Shown here: positions 1 to 9,620 of the stretch, piece by piece | Position numbering within the stretch: position 1 is the first letter of the stretch | How the letters are laid out: each line of letters begins with the position of its first letter | Source of the DNA: Bacillota bacterium | Lineage (GTDB): Bacteria; Bacillota; Clostridia; Christensenellales; UBA1431 | Assembly (NCBI GenBank): GCA_049324235.1 | Contig: JBMOLJ010000060.1 | Coordinates: 135 to 64,134 of the forward strand | Direction of reading: 5' to 3' | Length of the DNA: 64,000 nt | Notes under the pieces: model-generated | The model's database searches: none | Seen by the model: the letters and a program-made list of their open reading frames with translations, nothing else | What the model was told of the DNA's origin: nothing | Program-made: the position numbers and the translations under genes

Positions 1-210
1 GTTTTCCATCGCGCATGCGCCGACCACGGCGGAGATTTCGACATCCACGCAAATAAAATGGATGTGACGCAGAAAGGGTATGCCGTTACGCACCAGACAG
101 AAACCGTAAAAGCGGTTTTTGCCTTTATCCTTCTTGCCGGCGCCGCCGTTTGCCTGGTACTGGTTTTGAAAACGAAATCAAGGAACGGCGGCAATAACGG
201 GCCATTCTAA
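1..210 (+). CDS. 3' end of a CDS cut by the window edge; C-terminally membrane-anchored protein of unknown function
   Basis: Frame 1 is open from base 1 to TAA at 208-210. The tail reads TVKAVFAFILLAGAAVCLVLVLKTKSRNGGNNGPF (hydrophobic helix plus basic stop-transfer). A hairpin terminator follows. Confidence 0.35.
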   Translation, partial: VFHRACADHGGDFDIHANKMDVTQKGYAVTHQTETVKAVFAFILLAGAAVCLVLVLKTKSRNGGNNGPF

Positions 211-310
211 CCGGGATAGCAAAAGGTTCTGATTTTGAATTTGCTTATTGCGCCTGCATAATATTCCCATTATACTTGCATCAAAAGATGTATACAGAAC
301 GCGCAACCAC

Positions 311-340
311 GCAGCCGGATGCGTCCGGCTGCTGCATTTT
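311..340 (+). terminator. Rho-independent terminator candidate
   Basis: GCAGCCGGA-tgcg-TCCGGCTGC 9-bp stem, with a TTTT run within 5 nt. Confidence 0.45.
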
Positions 341-498
341 ACGGATAGGCCATATCAAAAGAACGGGCTATGATACAATAATTTATTTCAGCAAAGAAGA
401 GAAATATCCTGAACGATCCGATATATTATAGGTAAAGAAAATCCCTTGTCAGGCGGCGCCAATCAAACAGTGCATATTTATTCAAGGAGGACAATGCC

Positions 499-1086
499 AT
501 GATTAAAAAGATTCCGGTCTTCGTTTTATGTATTATTCTGGCAGCGCTATTGGGCGCATGCGTGCAATCAGCTCCGACATCTTCAGCCACAGCTTCGGCA
601 ACCCCTGCTGCAACGCTCACGCCTGAGGCAACGCTAATCCCGTCACCCACGGCGCAGCCCACGCCCTCGCTTACTCCCACGCCAACGCAAACTGCCACGC
701 CTTCCGGCGTTACCGAGAACAAACTGGGTTATGTCACCGACGCGTATACTACAAACGGCGTCCATTATATCAGGATCGATTATGTTGAGATGTATACGGG
801 CGATGAGGCAATACAGAAGGCCTTGAGCGACCATTCCAGCGTCGTGGAGAAGGATGAGAACGGAAACTACTATATCCCCAACGATTATTACATCCGCAAC
901 GTAAACAGCAAGCTCCGCACCTTCCCCCTGCGTGCAGGCTGCACAATCACCGTCTATGTCCCTGACAATCCGCTCAGCACAAAAAAAATTACATTCAGCC
1001 AGTTCAAGGCTCTTTCGGACCCGCTGATGCACGTAAATATAAAAAACGGCTCCGTCGTTTCCATGAAACAGCAGTACGTTCCGTAA
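499..1086 (+). CDS. Lipoprotein with Pro/Thr/Ala-rich linker, function unknown
   Basis: AAGGAGG lies 8 nt upstream of the ATG. Signal peptide with lipobox LLGAC, then a low-complexity PT linker and a globular domain. Confidence 0.75.
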   Translation: MIKKIPVFVLCIILAALLGACVQSAPTSSATASATPAATLTPEATLIPSPTAQPTPSLTPTPTQTATPSGVTENKLGYVTDAYTTNGVHYIRIDYVEMYTGDEAIQKALSDHSSVVEKDENGNYYIPNDYYIRNVNSKLRTFPLRAGCTITVYVPDNPLSTKKITFSQFKALSDPLMHVNIKNGSVVSMKQQYVP

Positions 1087-1110
1087 GGAATAAAATATTA
1101 AGGCACAAAT

Positions 1111-1141
1111 AACGCCCGTCCTTGTATAGAAGACGGGCGTT
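1111..1141. terminator. Bidirectional terminator between convergent genes
   Basis: AACGCCCGTC / GACGGGCGTT 10-bp stem, flanked by an A-run upstream and a T-rich run downstream. Confidence 0.6.
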
Positions 1142-1146
1142 TTCTG

Positions 1147-1590
1147 TTATGCCTTTTTGCGTTTGACGAGTTGCTTCATGCGTATGAGCGTTTTGACGTT
1201 CTCCAGCACTTTTTCGTTCTCTACGGCAATCATAAGCCACAGCGTCCCGTTGAACGGCTTTGTCCGCCTTATCAGCTCCTGCACCTCTGTTTCGAATACG
1301 GAACCCTGGGCCTCGGCCAGGCGGACAACATCCGGCGTTATTACCACAAGGGCAATAAACCGGTCGTTTTCGGGGTACAGCGTACAGATCGATTTACCCG
1401 ACTTCTGGTACTTGACGTTCCAACCCGGTTTGCCGTAACACTTGCTGAAGGTCGTTTTCGGGGATGCGGCATACTCCTGCTGAACAAAAGCATGGATTTG
1501 CCGCCAAAGTCTTCGCGCAGGAAGCCGGATATATTCCTCTATCTGTTCGAGCGTGGGCATACAACTGCCGTCGAGAATCAAATCATCCAT
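1147..1590 (-). CDS. DUF3788-family protein
   Basis: Collinear with my recollection of DUF3788 proteins (YGKPGWNVKYQKSGKSICTLYPE core, Lys-rich C-terminus). Confidence 0.7.
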   Translation of the reverse strand: MDDLILDGSCMPTLEQIEEYIRLPARRLWRQIHAFVQQEYAASPKTTFSKCYGKPGWNVKYQKSGKSICTLYPENDRFIALVVITPDVVRLAEAQGSVFETEVQELIRRTKPFNGTLWLMIAVENEKVLENVKTLIRMKQLVKRKKA

Positions 1591-1605
1591 CTTGAACCTC
1601 TCACG

Positions 1606-2064
1606 TCATTTCAGCAAAAAAACAATCTTTGTCAATAATTCGCTTTCGGGAACTTCCATCGGTGAATTGTAATAGAACTCATACACCACTCCGGCAGGCT
1701 GGTAGCCGTTCTCCTCCATCCATTTTGTCATCGCTTCATAGGCAGGCGCCATTTCCATGTAAGGCCCCTTGTACATGCTGGCCGCTTTCTTCCCTGCAGG
1801 GATTTCGCTTGCGGTAATCCCATCTTTGCCCGGCAAGGCGTTTGCCACGGGGAAACCTATCTCCACATCCAGCCTTTCCATGTCCATGTTGTAGTAGGCC
1901 ACAAAGGGCATGTCCGCAGGATAGGCCTTGCATTCGCCGAGATACTCCATAATCGCGCCGTACGCCTTCCCGATCTCCTGCGGCAGGTTGCCGACCGGCG
2001 TCACGGTTCTGACAGAGAGCACCGGTTGCGCCGCTGTTTCAAAGACACCAACTGCTATATCCAT
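1606..2064 (-). CDS. GyrI-like small-molecule-binding domain protein (AraC/MerR effector-binding fold)
   Basis: Typical GyrI-like layout (VRTVTP..., EIGFPV, YEFYYNSP). Start moved to the ATG at 2064, which has GGAGGA 7 nt upstream; the longer track ORF has no RBS. Confidence 0.7.
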   Translation of the reverse strand: MDIAVGVFETAAQPVLSVRTVTPVGNLPQEIGKAYGAIMEYLGECKAYPADMPFVAYYNMDMERLDVEIGFPVANALPGKDGITASEIPAGKKAASMYKGPYMEMAPAYEAMTKWMEENGYQPAGVVYEFYYNSPMEVPESELLTKIVFLLK

Positions 2065-2255
2065 ATTGCATTCCTCCATATGACATATTATACCAGGATG
2101 ATAGCAGAACAAACATGACAGCACTGTGTCATGTTTGTAAAAAGTTTTAACAGCTCGCCCGTTTTTGCGTATAGGCTTCACCCTGATTATGCCATCGGCG
2201 GCAGGGAAAAACTTTCCCTGCCGCCTTTATATAGCGTTTGTATCAACTCTCCGCC

Positions 2256-3461
2256 TTACGGCTCATAGACGACATAGGTGAACGATTCGCCGTCGGGATA
2301 GGTAAGGATGAGCTTCGACCCTGAAAACTTGTATTTGAGATTATAATACTCGCTTTGGTAAGGGCCAAGACGCAGGTTGCCGTTCTTTGCGGTATATTTA
2401 CCCGCCTCCGAATAATCGCCCTGATTGTCATAGGCATACATTTCGTATGTGCCGTTCTTATTAAAGGTGTATATCGAGGTATATTGCCCCTGCTGGCAGA
2501 TCCACGTATTGACGATTGACTTTGTTGGCGCAGCGGTTTTTACGGGTGTCTTCACAGGCGTTTTAGTAGGGGTTGGTTCAGGCGCCGCTTCCACGCTCCA
2601 GGCGTTAAAATACGGTTCGGTATACTTTTTGCCGTCATCGGTAAACGTGTAGAGTTCCTCGAACGTGCCCCACATGGTCACCCTTGTGCCTTCCTTTAGC
2701 TTTGCCTCCCCTTTGCTCAGGATATAGTCGATGCCAACGAGATTCTTTTCGACGTCGTCGGCGGCCATCCAGAATTCGAAATATTCCTCATCGCCCTTAT
2801 CTTCCTTATAAATCTCGGTTATCGTACCGGTTATCATGACTTTCGCGCCGATGAGCTGCTTGGTTTTGCCTGCGTCCATGAAATCGCTATACGGCATGGC
2901 GACGCACTGCTTTTTGAACGTATCCAGCCTTGCCTTCCTGTCCGCGGCAGATTCAACAAGATACCCGTTTTCAAATGTTCCCGCAAAGAGCGTATTGCCA
3001 TGCATATCGTACAGCGTGCCCTGGCCGTCATACTCGTCGTCCTTGTAGTTTCCTTCATAGACAAGCGCGTTGTCCTGGTATGTACGCCCCGTCCCGTTGA
3101 GACGGTCGTTTTTATAGGTCCCCTCTATTACGTAGCCGTCGCTCCACACGGTTTTTCCGTTTCCGCTCAAATGGCCGTTCTCCCATCCGCCCTCGTATGT
3201 CCAGTTCACACCTTCTGTGTTCAACGTGGTAAATACTCCGTTGCCATGTGGAAGATCGTTGACCACATCACCCGAATACGTCCCTTCGCGTTCACCGAAC
3301 GCAAACGTCAGCGTCATCTTTTTATTAGTGACGTTTTCAACCGCCGGACCTGAAGGCGACGGCTGTTGTGTCATAACCGGCGATGCCGTTGGCGGCGCCT
3401 GCCCGCATGCGCTCAGCATAAATACCAGAATAAAAGCAAAAAGGAAACGCAGTTTCTTCAT
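2256..3461 (-). CDS. MORN-repeat lipoprotein with C-terminal lipocalin-like domain
   Basis: Start at MKKLRF with lipobox MLSAC. Repeated YEGxWxNGxxxGxG MORN units, a PT linker, and a C-terminal beta-rich domain. Confidence 0.75.
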   Translation of the reverse strand: MKKLRFLFAFILVFMLSACGQAPPTASPVMTQQPSPSGPAVENVTNKKMTLTFAFGEREGTYSGDVVNDLPHGNGVFTTLNTEGVNWTYEGGWENGHLSGNGKTVWSDGYVIEGTYKNDRLNGTGRTYQDNALVYEGNYKDDEYDGQGTLYDMHGNTLFAGTFENGYLVESAADRKARLDTFKKQCVAMPYSDFMDAGKTKQLIGAKVMITGTITEIYKEDKGDEEYFEFWMAADDVEKNLVGIDYILSKGEAKLKEGTRVTMWGTFEELYTFTDDGKKYTEPYFNAWSVEAAPEPTPTKTPVKTPVKTAAPTKSIVNTWICQQGQYTSIYTFNKNGTYEMYAYDNQGDYSEAGKYTAKNGNLRLGPYQSEYYNLKYKFSGSKLILTYPDGESFTYVVYEP

Positions 3462-3634
3462 AGAATAACACCCTTCCCTGATTTTTAATCCCATACCCGT
3501 CAAATCGCGCAGAATAGTCTCACCAAAATGCTATGACTGGCGTTTCCTTTATTATATTCTATATACCGCCATATTGCGAATAGTTTCTCTGCGTTTGGGC
3601 TTTTAATTTGGAAACAGGCGCAAAGAAATATGCA

Positions 3635-4405
3635 CTATTTGGGGGCAGTGAAAAACAGGCGCGGGAACCTGAAGAGCACCCTGCCGTCCGCCTGTTCGGG
3701 ATAGCTCTGTTTGACGCGCCAAAGAATATCGTTTTCGAACACGGCCTTCTTATCATCGGGCAGTCTGTTAAGATACGGACGCAGGCCCGTGCCGCGGTAC
3801 CATTCCAGTATGTCCTCATGAGAATTCAGCACGTGGTAGTATACGGTTTCCCAAAGCGTTACCGTAGATGCATATGGGCGGAGTATATCGTAGTATTCCT
3901 TCGCTGTGCGTGTATAAAAGGGATGCAGATTATCAAAGTATTCTTCCCATGCAGGTGAGGCTGCGATTTCATTGATGATCTTTTTGACCGGTTCGTCCTG
4001 ATTGTAGGGCATCTGCACGGCCAGGAAGCCGCCAGGGGACAGCATCTCCATCATTTGGCCGAGCACCTTTTCATGGTCCGGCACCCACTGGAGGCAGGCG
4101 TTGGAGAACACGACATCGAATCCGCCGCCCAAAGACGGCAAATCGACGGCGGCGTCGCATACCACAAAATCCAGCTCAGGATAATCGGATTGCGCCGTCC
4201 TGATCATTTTCGGGGAATTATCAATGCCCAACACATAAGCTTTGGGGAACTTCTGCGCGAGTATTACGGTGCTGTTGCCCGGGCCGCAGCCGATATCGGC
4301 AATCCGTTGCGGCCGCTCGACGGTGATACGGGCGGCGAGATCGACCGCGGGCCGCGTGCGTTCATCGGCATATTTCAGGTAAAGCCGTGCATCCCAATCC
4401 TGCAT
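3635..4405 (-). CDS. tam: Trans-aconitate 2-methyltransferase-like class I SAM methyltransferase
   Basis: Collinear with E. coli Tam along the full length (DWxxxLYLKxxxERxRPAxDL, DIGCGPGNST, ACLQWVPDH, FPRLFF). GGAGG lies 9 nt upstream of the ATG at 4405. Confidence 0.8.
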   Translation of the reverse strand: MQDWDARLYLKYADERTRPAVDLAARITVERPQRIADIGCGPGNSTVILAQKFPKAYVLGIDNSPKMIRTAQSDYPELDFVVCDAAVDLPSLGGGFDVVFSNACLQWVPDHEKVLGQMMEMLSPGGFLAVQMPYNQDEPVKKIINEIAASPAWEEYFDNLHPFYTRTAKEYYDILRPYASTVTLWETVYYHVLNSHEDILEWYRGTGLRPYLNRLPDDKKAVFENDILWRVKQSYPEQADGRVLFRFPRLFFTAPK

Positions 4406-4517
4406 CTGAACCATCCTCCGCTAAGTGCCCCCTGAAATCCAGGCAGGCCTATGGATCGTATCATCCATAGGCCTGCCGTACGAAAGCCTTGCAGGCACGT
4501 GATTGTATTGTGAATTT

Positions 4518-6320
4518 CTACGCCTCCATGTCGTCCAGGCGTTTTTCAAGGGCATTAAGCTGCGCTGTCAGTTCTTCGGGGAGGCGTTCGCCGTACTTCG
4601 CATAATGCTCTTTTATGGATGCGACTTCGGCGAGCCATTCTTCCTTATTGACTTTGAGCAGCTCTTCCATATCCGCCGGACTGATATCAAGACCGGCAAG
4701 ATCGATAGCGCCGTCGGCGGGCATATACCCTATCGGGGTCTTTACCGCGCCGCCTTCCCCCAGCGTCCTTTCGACGATCCACTTGAGCACGCGGCTGTTT
4801 TCGCCGAATCCTGGCCAGAGCCACCTTCCTTTTTCATCCTTGCGGAACCAGTTCACATAGAAAATTTTGGGCAGTTTGCTGCTGTCCGTCATCTTTCCGA
4901 TATCCAGCCAGTGCTGCAGATAATCGCACACGTGATAGCCGATGAAAGGCAGCATCGCGAATGGATCACGGCGCACCTGCCCGATCTTATCGGAAATGGC
5001 CGCAGCTGTGATCTCGGAGCCCATGATGGAGCCCATGAACACGCCGTGCTCCCAGTCAAAGCTCTCGTGTACCAGCGGAATCGTTTTCGGCCGCCGCCCG
5101 CCGATTAAAATCGCGGAAATGGGCACGCCCTTGGGGTCCTCCCACTCGGGGGCAATGGACGGGCACTGGCTGGCCGGCGCCGTAAAGCGGGCGTTGGGAT
5201 GCGCCGCCGGTCCGGGGTCGCCGGGCATATAGTCGTTTCCCTTCCAGTCTATGAGGTGGCCGGGGGCATCGTAGCCGATGCCTTCCCACCACACATCCAT
5301 GTCGTCGGTAAGGCCGACGTTGGTAAATATGCTGTTCTTCTCCAGTGTACGCATGGCGTTCGGGTTGGAATCCATGGAGGTGCCGGGGGCTACGCCGAAG
5401 AATCCGGCCTCGGGGTTAATCGCATACAGCCGCCCGTCCTCACCGAATTTCATCCACGCAATATCGTCGCCTATGGTCTCCACCTTCCAGCCCGGTATGG
5501 TCGGAATAAGCATTGCCAGGTTGGTCTTTCCGCAGGCGCTAGGGAATGCTCCCGCCACATACTTGACGTTCCCCTTGGGATCGGATATGCGCAGGATGAG
5601 CATATGCTCCGCCATCCAGCCTTCGTCGCGCGCCTGCACGGAAGCGATGCGCAGCGCAAAGCACTTCTTGCCCAGGAGCGCGTTTCCGCCGTATCCCGAG
5701 CCGTAGGACCATATGGTTCTTTCCTCGGGAAAATGGCTGATATATTTTTTCTCCATCGGCGCGCAGGGCCAGGGAACATCCTGCTGCCCTTCTTCAAGCG
5801 GCGCGCCCACCGAATGCAGGCAGGGCACAAATTCCCCGTCCTCGCCAAGCGCTTCAAGGACCGCGCTGCCCATGCGCGTCATGATGCGCATGTTTACGAC
5901 AACATACGGGCTGTCGGTCAATTCCACGCCGATCTTGGAGATAGGCGAGCCGATGGGGCCCATGGAGAACGGGATGACGTACATCGTCCTTCCCTTCATG
6001 CAGCCCGTGTAAAGCTCGGTCATCGTATTTTTGAGTTCGGCCGGGTCGATCCAGTTGTTGGTCGGGCCCGCGTCTTCCTCTTTCTCTGACGCTATAAAAG
6101 TCCTGTCTTCGACACGCGCCACATCGGACGGGTCGCTGCGGAAGGCATAACAGCCAGGACGTTTATCGGGATTCAAGGGCGTCGCGCTGCCGGACGCAAC
6201 CATTTCCGCAAGCAGACGGCCGTTTTCTTCCTCGGAACCGTCACACCAGTAGATTTGGTCGGGCCGGCACATCTCGGCCATTTCATTTACCCATGCAAGC
6301 AACTTCTTGTTTATACACAT
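4518..6320 (-). CDS. pckG: Phosphoenolpyruvate carboxykinase (GTP)
   Basis: 600 aa, full-length GTP-type PEPCK signature regions (kinase-1a [27 protein letters not shown]). Confidence 0.92.
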   Translation of the reverse strand: MCINKKLLAWVNEMAEMCRPDQIYWCDGSEEENGRLLAEMVASGSATPLNPDKRPGCYAFRSDPSDVARVEDRTFIASEKEEDAGPTNNWIDPAELKNTMTELYTGCMKGRTMYVIPFSMGPIGSPISKIGVELTDSPYVVVNMRIMTRMGSAVLEALGEDGEFVPCLHSVGAPLEEGQQDVPWPCAPMEKKYISHFPEERTIWSYGSGYGGNALLGKKCFALRIASVQARDEGWMAEHMLILRISDPKGNVKYVAGAFPSACGKTNLAMLIPTIPGWKVETIGDDIAWMKFGEDGRLYAINPEAGFFGVAPGTSMDSNPNAMRTLEKNSIFTNVGLTDDMDVWWEGIGYDAPGHLIDWKGNDYMPGDPGPAAHPNARFTAPASQCPSIAPEWEDPKGVPISAILIGGRRPKTIPLVHESFDWEHGVFMGSIMGSEITAAAISDKIGQVRRDPFAMLPFIGYHVCDYLQHWLDIGKMTDSSKLPKIFYVNWFRKDEKGRWLWPGFGENSRVLKWIVERTLGEGGAVKTPIGYMPADGAIDLAGLDISPADMEELLKVNKEEWLAEVASIKEHYAKYGERLPEELTAQLNALEKRLDDMEA

Positions 6321-6630
6321 TTGAATTCTCCCCTCGGTTATGGATTGGCGCTATTCAATCGGCTTTTTGGCGCAAGCTACTAAGCCGGGATTTCAAACCT
6401 GACACTTTCATAAGCATGCATCAGCTTTGGTTTTGTAGACTGGCAGATTCTGTTTAAAGTGAAAAACACATAAATGACTCTTTTCAATAGATTTTATCCA
6501 AAATTCGCAGCCGTGTCAATGCTTTTTCGTAAATAAACCGTTAATTTTGCAGGAATGATTTTGTAAAATTGCAGTTTTCAACTTCTAGTTCAGCCAGTTC
6601 GTTATCTCTCTTCTTACGCAATAAGAAAAC

Positions 6631-6720
6631 TCATTTTCAGTCATTCTGAGCGCAGCGAAGAATCTATAATCATGCTTATATTACACTGATTCTTCAGCCG
6701 CTATGCTCCTTGAAAATGAC
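6631..6720. repeat. Family-A palindromic intergenic repeat
   Basis: Left arm GTCATTCTGAGCGCAGCGAAGAATC, right arm GATTCTTCAGCCGCTATGCTCCTTGAAAATGAC. Related copies at 16843, 22675 and 63755. Confidence 0.7.
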
Positions 6721-6731
6721 TTTGCGCCCAA

Positions 6732-6765
6732 CAGGAAAAACCCCTTTTATAAGGGGTTTTTCCTG
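6732..6765. terminator. Bidirectional terminator downstream of the MCP gene
   Basis: Perfect 15-bp stem CAGGAAAAACCCCTT-ttat-AAGGGGTTTTTCCTG. Confidence 0.7.
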
Positions 6766-6790
6766 TTCTTCAGCCTAAAAACCAGGGGAT

Positions 6791-9109
6791 CTAAACGCAG
6801 TATTTATCCGCATGCTGCTCGCCCAATACAATGTGCAGCTTGGGGTTATTTGTTTGATTGCCGCCGGTTCGTTCAAATGTTTTTTGCTTTTCGTTTTTAA
6901 GCCTGAACTTATGGACCATGGTTTTGAGCCTTTCCGCCTGTCCGGAGAGTTCTTCGCTCGCACTCGCCGATTGCTCGGCTGTGGATGCGTTGCTCTGCAC
7001 CACCTGCGCCACCTGCTCAATACCGTCATTCACCTGCCCGATGGCCGCCGCCTGTTCTTCGGACGCACTGGCGATGTCCCCCACCAGTGCTACTGCCTTT
7101 TCCACATCTTCTATAATGTGTGTCAGCGCGTCCGCTGTGCCGTTTGCTATCTTCGTCCCCGCTTCAACCTTTCTGATGGTCCCTTCAATAAGCGCGGTGG
7201 TATTCTGGGCGGCATCCGCGCTTTTTACGGCCAGATTCCTCACCTCCTCGGCAACGACCGCAAAGCCTTTCCCGTGCGTGCCGGCTCTAGCGGCTTCCAC
7301 CGCGGCGTTGAGCGCCAGGATATTGGTCTGGAACGCGATATCGTCTATGACTTTGATGATCTTGCCGATGTTGGCCGACGCTTCGTTGATTTGCCGCATT
7401 GATTCGAGCATCCCCTTCATCTGCTCGTTTCCGGCAAGCGCATCCTCCTTGGCCGCAATGGAGAGATCGTTCGCTTTCCGCGCGTTTTCTGCGTTCAGCC
7501 TGGTTTGCGCCGCGATCTGCGTGACCGAGGCCGTCAGCTCTTCCAGCGCGCTTGCCTGCTCGGTAGTTCCCTGGGAAAGATTCTGGCTGCCTTGGGACAC
7601 CTGCAGCGTACCGCATGCGACCTGGTCGGAGGCGGCGTTTATCTCGGAAAGCACGTCGTTTAACGAAGCTACGATACCGTTTATGGATTGCTTGAGCGCA
7701 TAGAAATCGCCACGGAAATCGGACGTGATCTCCACATCCATGTTCCCCTGGGCCATTTCGCCCAGAGCATACGATATTTCGCCTATATACCCCGTTATGG
7801 CCTCCATCGTGCTGTTGAGCGAATCCTTGATTTTTGCATGGTCCCCTTTGAAATTTCCTCTCACCCGCACACTGAGGTTCCCGTTGGACATTTCCTCCAA
7901 TACTCCGATGGCCTCGTTCACCGGCTCGATTGCCGCGTCGAGCGTTTTGTTGATGCCGTCGATGATCCGGGCATACCCTCCCTTATGGCGCCTGATATCG
8001 GCGCGGACCGAGAGCTCTCCATTCAAGGCTGCTTTTGCCAGCATATTTGAATCGCCCAGCAAAAGGTATAAGGATTCCCTGCACAGGTTCAGGTTTTCAA
8101 TCATCAGCCTGAAATCCCCATTGAATCCTGAGGTGTCAATCGCTTCAACGTCTTCTCCGTTAGCAATTTTTTCGAGCTGCTTTGCGGCAACGTCCAGCGG
8201 CTTTGTCACTGCGTCGAGCGTAGCGTTCACGCCCTCGACGATCCTGCGGAAGTCCCCTTCATGCTGCGTTGCGTCCGCACGCACGCTCAGACGGCCATCG
8301 GCGGCCGCATTCAGGAGCGTGTTTACGCTCTCTGTCATTTTATCGATTTCTCCGATGACGCTTTTGAGCGATTCGGCCAGATCGCCTACTTCATCCTTTG
8401 TGTTGACGTCCAATACAACATCCGTGTCTCCTGCGGCAACCCTTTGCGCAGCCTGAACCATCTTCTTGATCGGCCCGCAAATGGCCCTGGTCAAAAGTAT
8501 CCCCAGACCAGCGGCCAGCAGGACGGAGCATACCACGATAATAACCATGGTTGTTGTTGACGCCGCAGCGATTTGAAGGTTGTTATCATTCCTCGCTTTT
8601 CCGTTGTCTATGTTGTACTGGAAAATTTTATCAAAGGATCCTTCAAGATTTGTGCCAATCTGCGTGGCTTTCGTATAATCAATCTGCTCTCTTTTCCCTG
8701 CTTCCGCCAATTGAATGGCGTCCTCAATAAGCGGAATATACGTTTTCCATTGCGAATTCAGCGTATTGAACAAATCCCTGTCTTCCTGCGTGATGATCAA
8801 AGCTTCATAGTCCTTCAGGCTGTTCTCAACTTTCGCGGCGTAATCTCTGATGCTGTCGATATATCCCTTTTGGTTTGAAACAACATCATCCGTCTTCATT
8901 TTAACAGCATTGAACCGTATTCGCTGATAAAAAATGGCGGCATCTCCCGCATAGTTCAGCCCCAGCGTGTTCTGCCGGTAAATCTGTGTGGCCCCTTCAT
9001 TGATCGCTGTCATGTTCACGAGTCCGATTACGCCCACAACGCCTGTCATAACAGCAATAAGAATATAAGAAATAATCAGTTTTGTCGAAATCTTTATTTT
9101 CTTCAGCAT
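6791..9109 (-). CDS. Methyl-accepting chemotaxis protein with periplasmic helical sensor and poly-HAMP array
   Basis: Two TM segments bracket a roughly 170-aa sensor. Four tandem HAMP-like units follow. Conserved signalling hairpin NAAVEAARAGTHGKGFAVVAEEVRNLA. Confidence 0.92.
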   Translation of the reverse strand: MLKKIKISTKLIISYILIAVMTGVVGVIGLVNMTAINEGATQIYRQNTLGLNYAGDAAIFYQRIRFNAVKMKTDDVVSNQKGYIDSIRDYAAKVENSLKDYEALIITQEDRDLFNTLNSQWKTYIPLIEDAIQLAEAGKREQIDYTKATQIGTNLEGSFDKIFQYNIDNGKARNDNNLQIAAASTTTMVIIVVCSVLLAAGLGILLTRAICGPIKKMVQAAQRVAAGDTDVVLDVNTKDEVGDLAESLKSVIGEIDKMTESVNTLLNAAADGRLSVRADATQHEGDFRRIVEGVNATLDAVTKPLDVAAKQLEKIANGEDVEAIDTSGFNGDFRLMIENLNLCRESLYLLLGDSNMLAKAALNGELSVRADIRRHKGGYARIIDGINKTLDAAIEPVNEAIGVLEEMSNGNLSVRVRGNFKGDHAKIKDSLNSTMEAITGYIGEISYALGEMAQGNMDVEITSDFRGDFYALKQSINGIVASLNDVLSEINAASDQVACGTLQVSQGSQNLSQGTTEQASALEELTASVTQIAAQTRLNAENARKANDLSIAAKEDALAGNEQMKGMLESMRQINEASANIGKIIKVIDDIAFQTNILALNAAVEAARAGTHGKGFAVVAEEVRNLAVKSADAAQNTTALIEGTIRKVEAGTKIANGTADALTHIIEDVEKAVALVGDIASASEEQAAAIGQVNDGIEQVAQVVQSNASTAEQSASASEELSGQAERLKTMVHKFRLKNEKQKTFERTGGNQTNNPKLHIVLGEQHADKYCV

Positions 9110-9564
9110 GTGATAGGCCTTCCTTTTCTTTTTACAAGCAATTATCAGCCCGACTCCCGCTCTGCCTTCCTGCCCAAATATTATCGGTCATCCTCCGGTT
9201 CTACGCTTTGGTAAATGTACTTTTATTGAGTTCAAATGCACCACCTTACATAATATTTCAAAACTGGGAAATTCAAGTAGCGATTTTTGAGCCTGCCATT
9301 CTCACACAAGGGTATCACTCCAACAAATTAATTTGCAATAATTCAAACAATAGTTGAATCAACACTTTGAAATATAAATAACCATGTTTTACCGCATTTT
9401 AATAAAACTTTTACGTAACGTAATGGAGCTAGTTTTCACCCGAAATCCGCATGCATACGTCGTAGAAAAAAGTGGGGTTGTGCACCTCGTTTGCATCATT
9501 ATTTGGGTTGAAATGGAGGATAATCCATCTTTCAACCCTTTAAAAAACATATTTGTGGGCATAA

Positions 9565-9591
9565 AAGGCGCAGCCAAAATGGCTGCGCCTT
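9565..9591 (-). terminator. Terminator candidate after the SDR gene
   Basis: AAGGCGCAGCC / GGCTGCGCCTT 11-bp stem, followed on the minus strand by TTTAT. Confidence 0.5.
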
Positions 9592-9620
9592 GAAAATTTA
9601 CGTAAGTTTAAAGATATGCC

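Noticed and set aside
2197-2225. 11-bp hairpin GGCGGCAGGGA / TCCCTGCCGCC followed by TTTATATA on the plus strand.
   Set aside because: It looks like a terminator only in the plus orientation, yet both flanking genes are on the minus strand, where no U-tract follows. It is therefore not called as a terminator. It could block antisense transcription.
5199-6089. Long antisense ORFs opposite clearly identified genes. This is the example opposite pckG. Others of the same kind are 32890-33870, 37081-38133, 45247-46116, 51408-52469 and 56119-57438.
   Set aside because: Each overlaps a gene with strong family signatures on the other strand (pckG, MoxR ATPase, tadA/tadB, argJ, FAD oxidase, glpK). They lack RBSs and have no recognisable motifs.
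9082-9593. Short ORFs (91, 69 and 62 aa) in the AT-rich region upstream of the MCP gene.
   Set aside because: They have no RBS, no motif, and low-complexity AT-driven composition. The region is treated as non-coding leader or promoter DNA.
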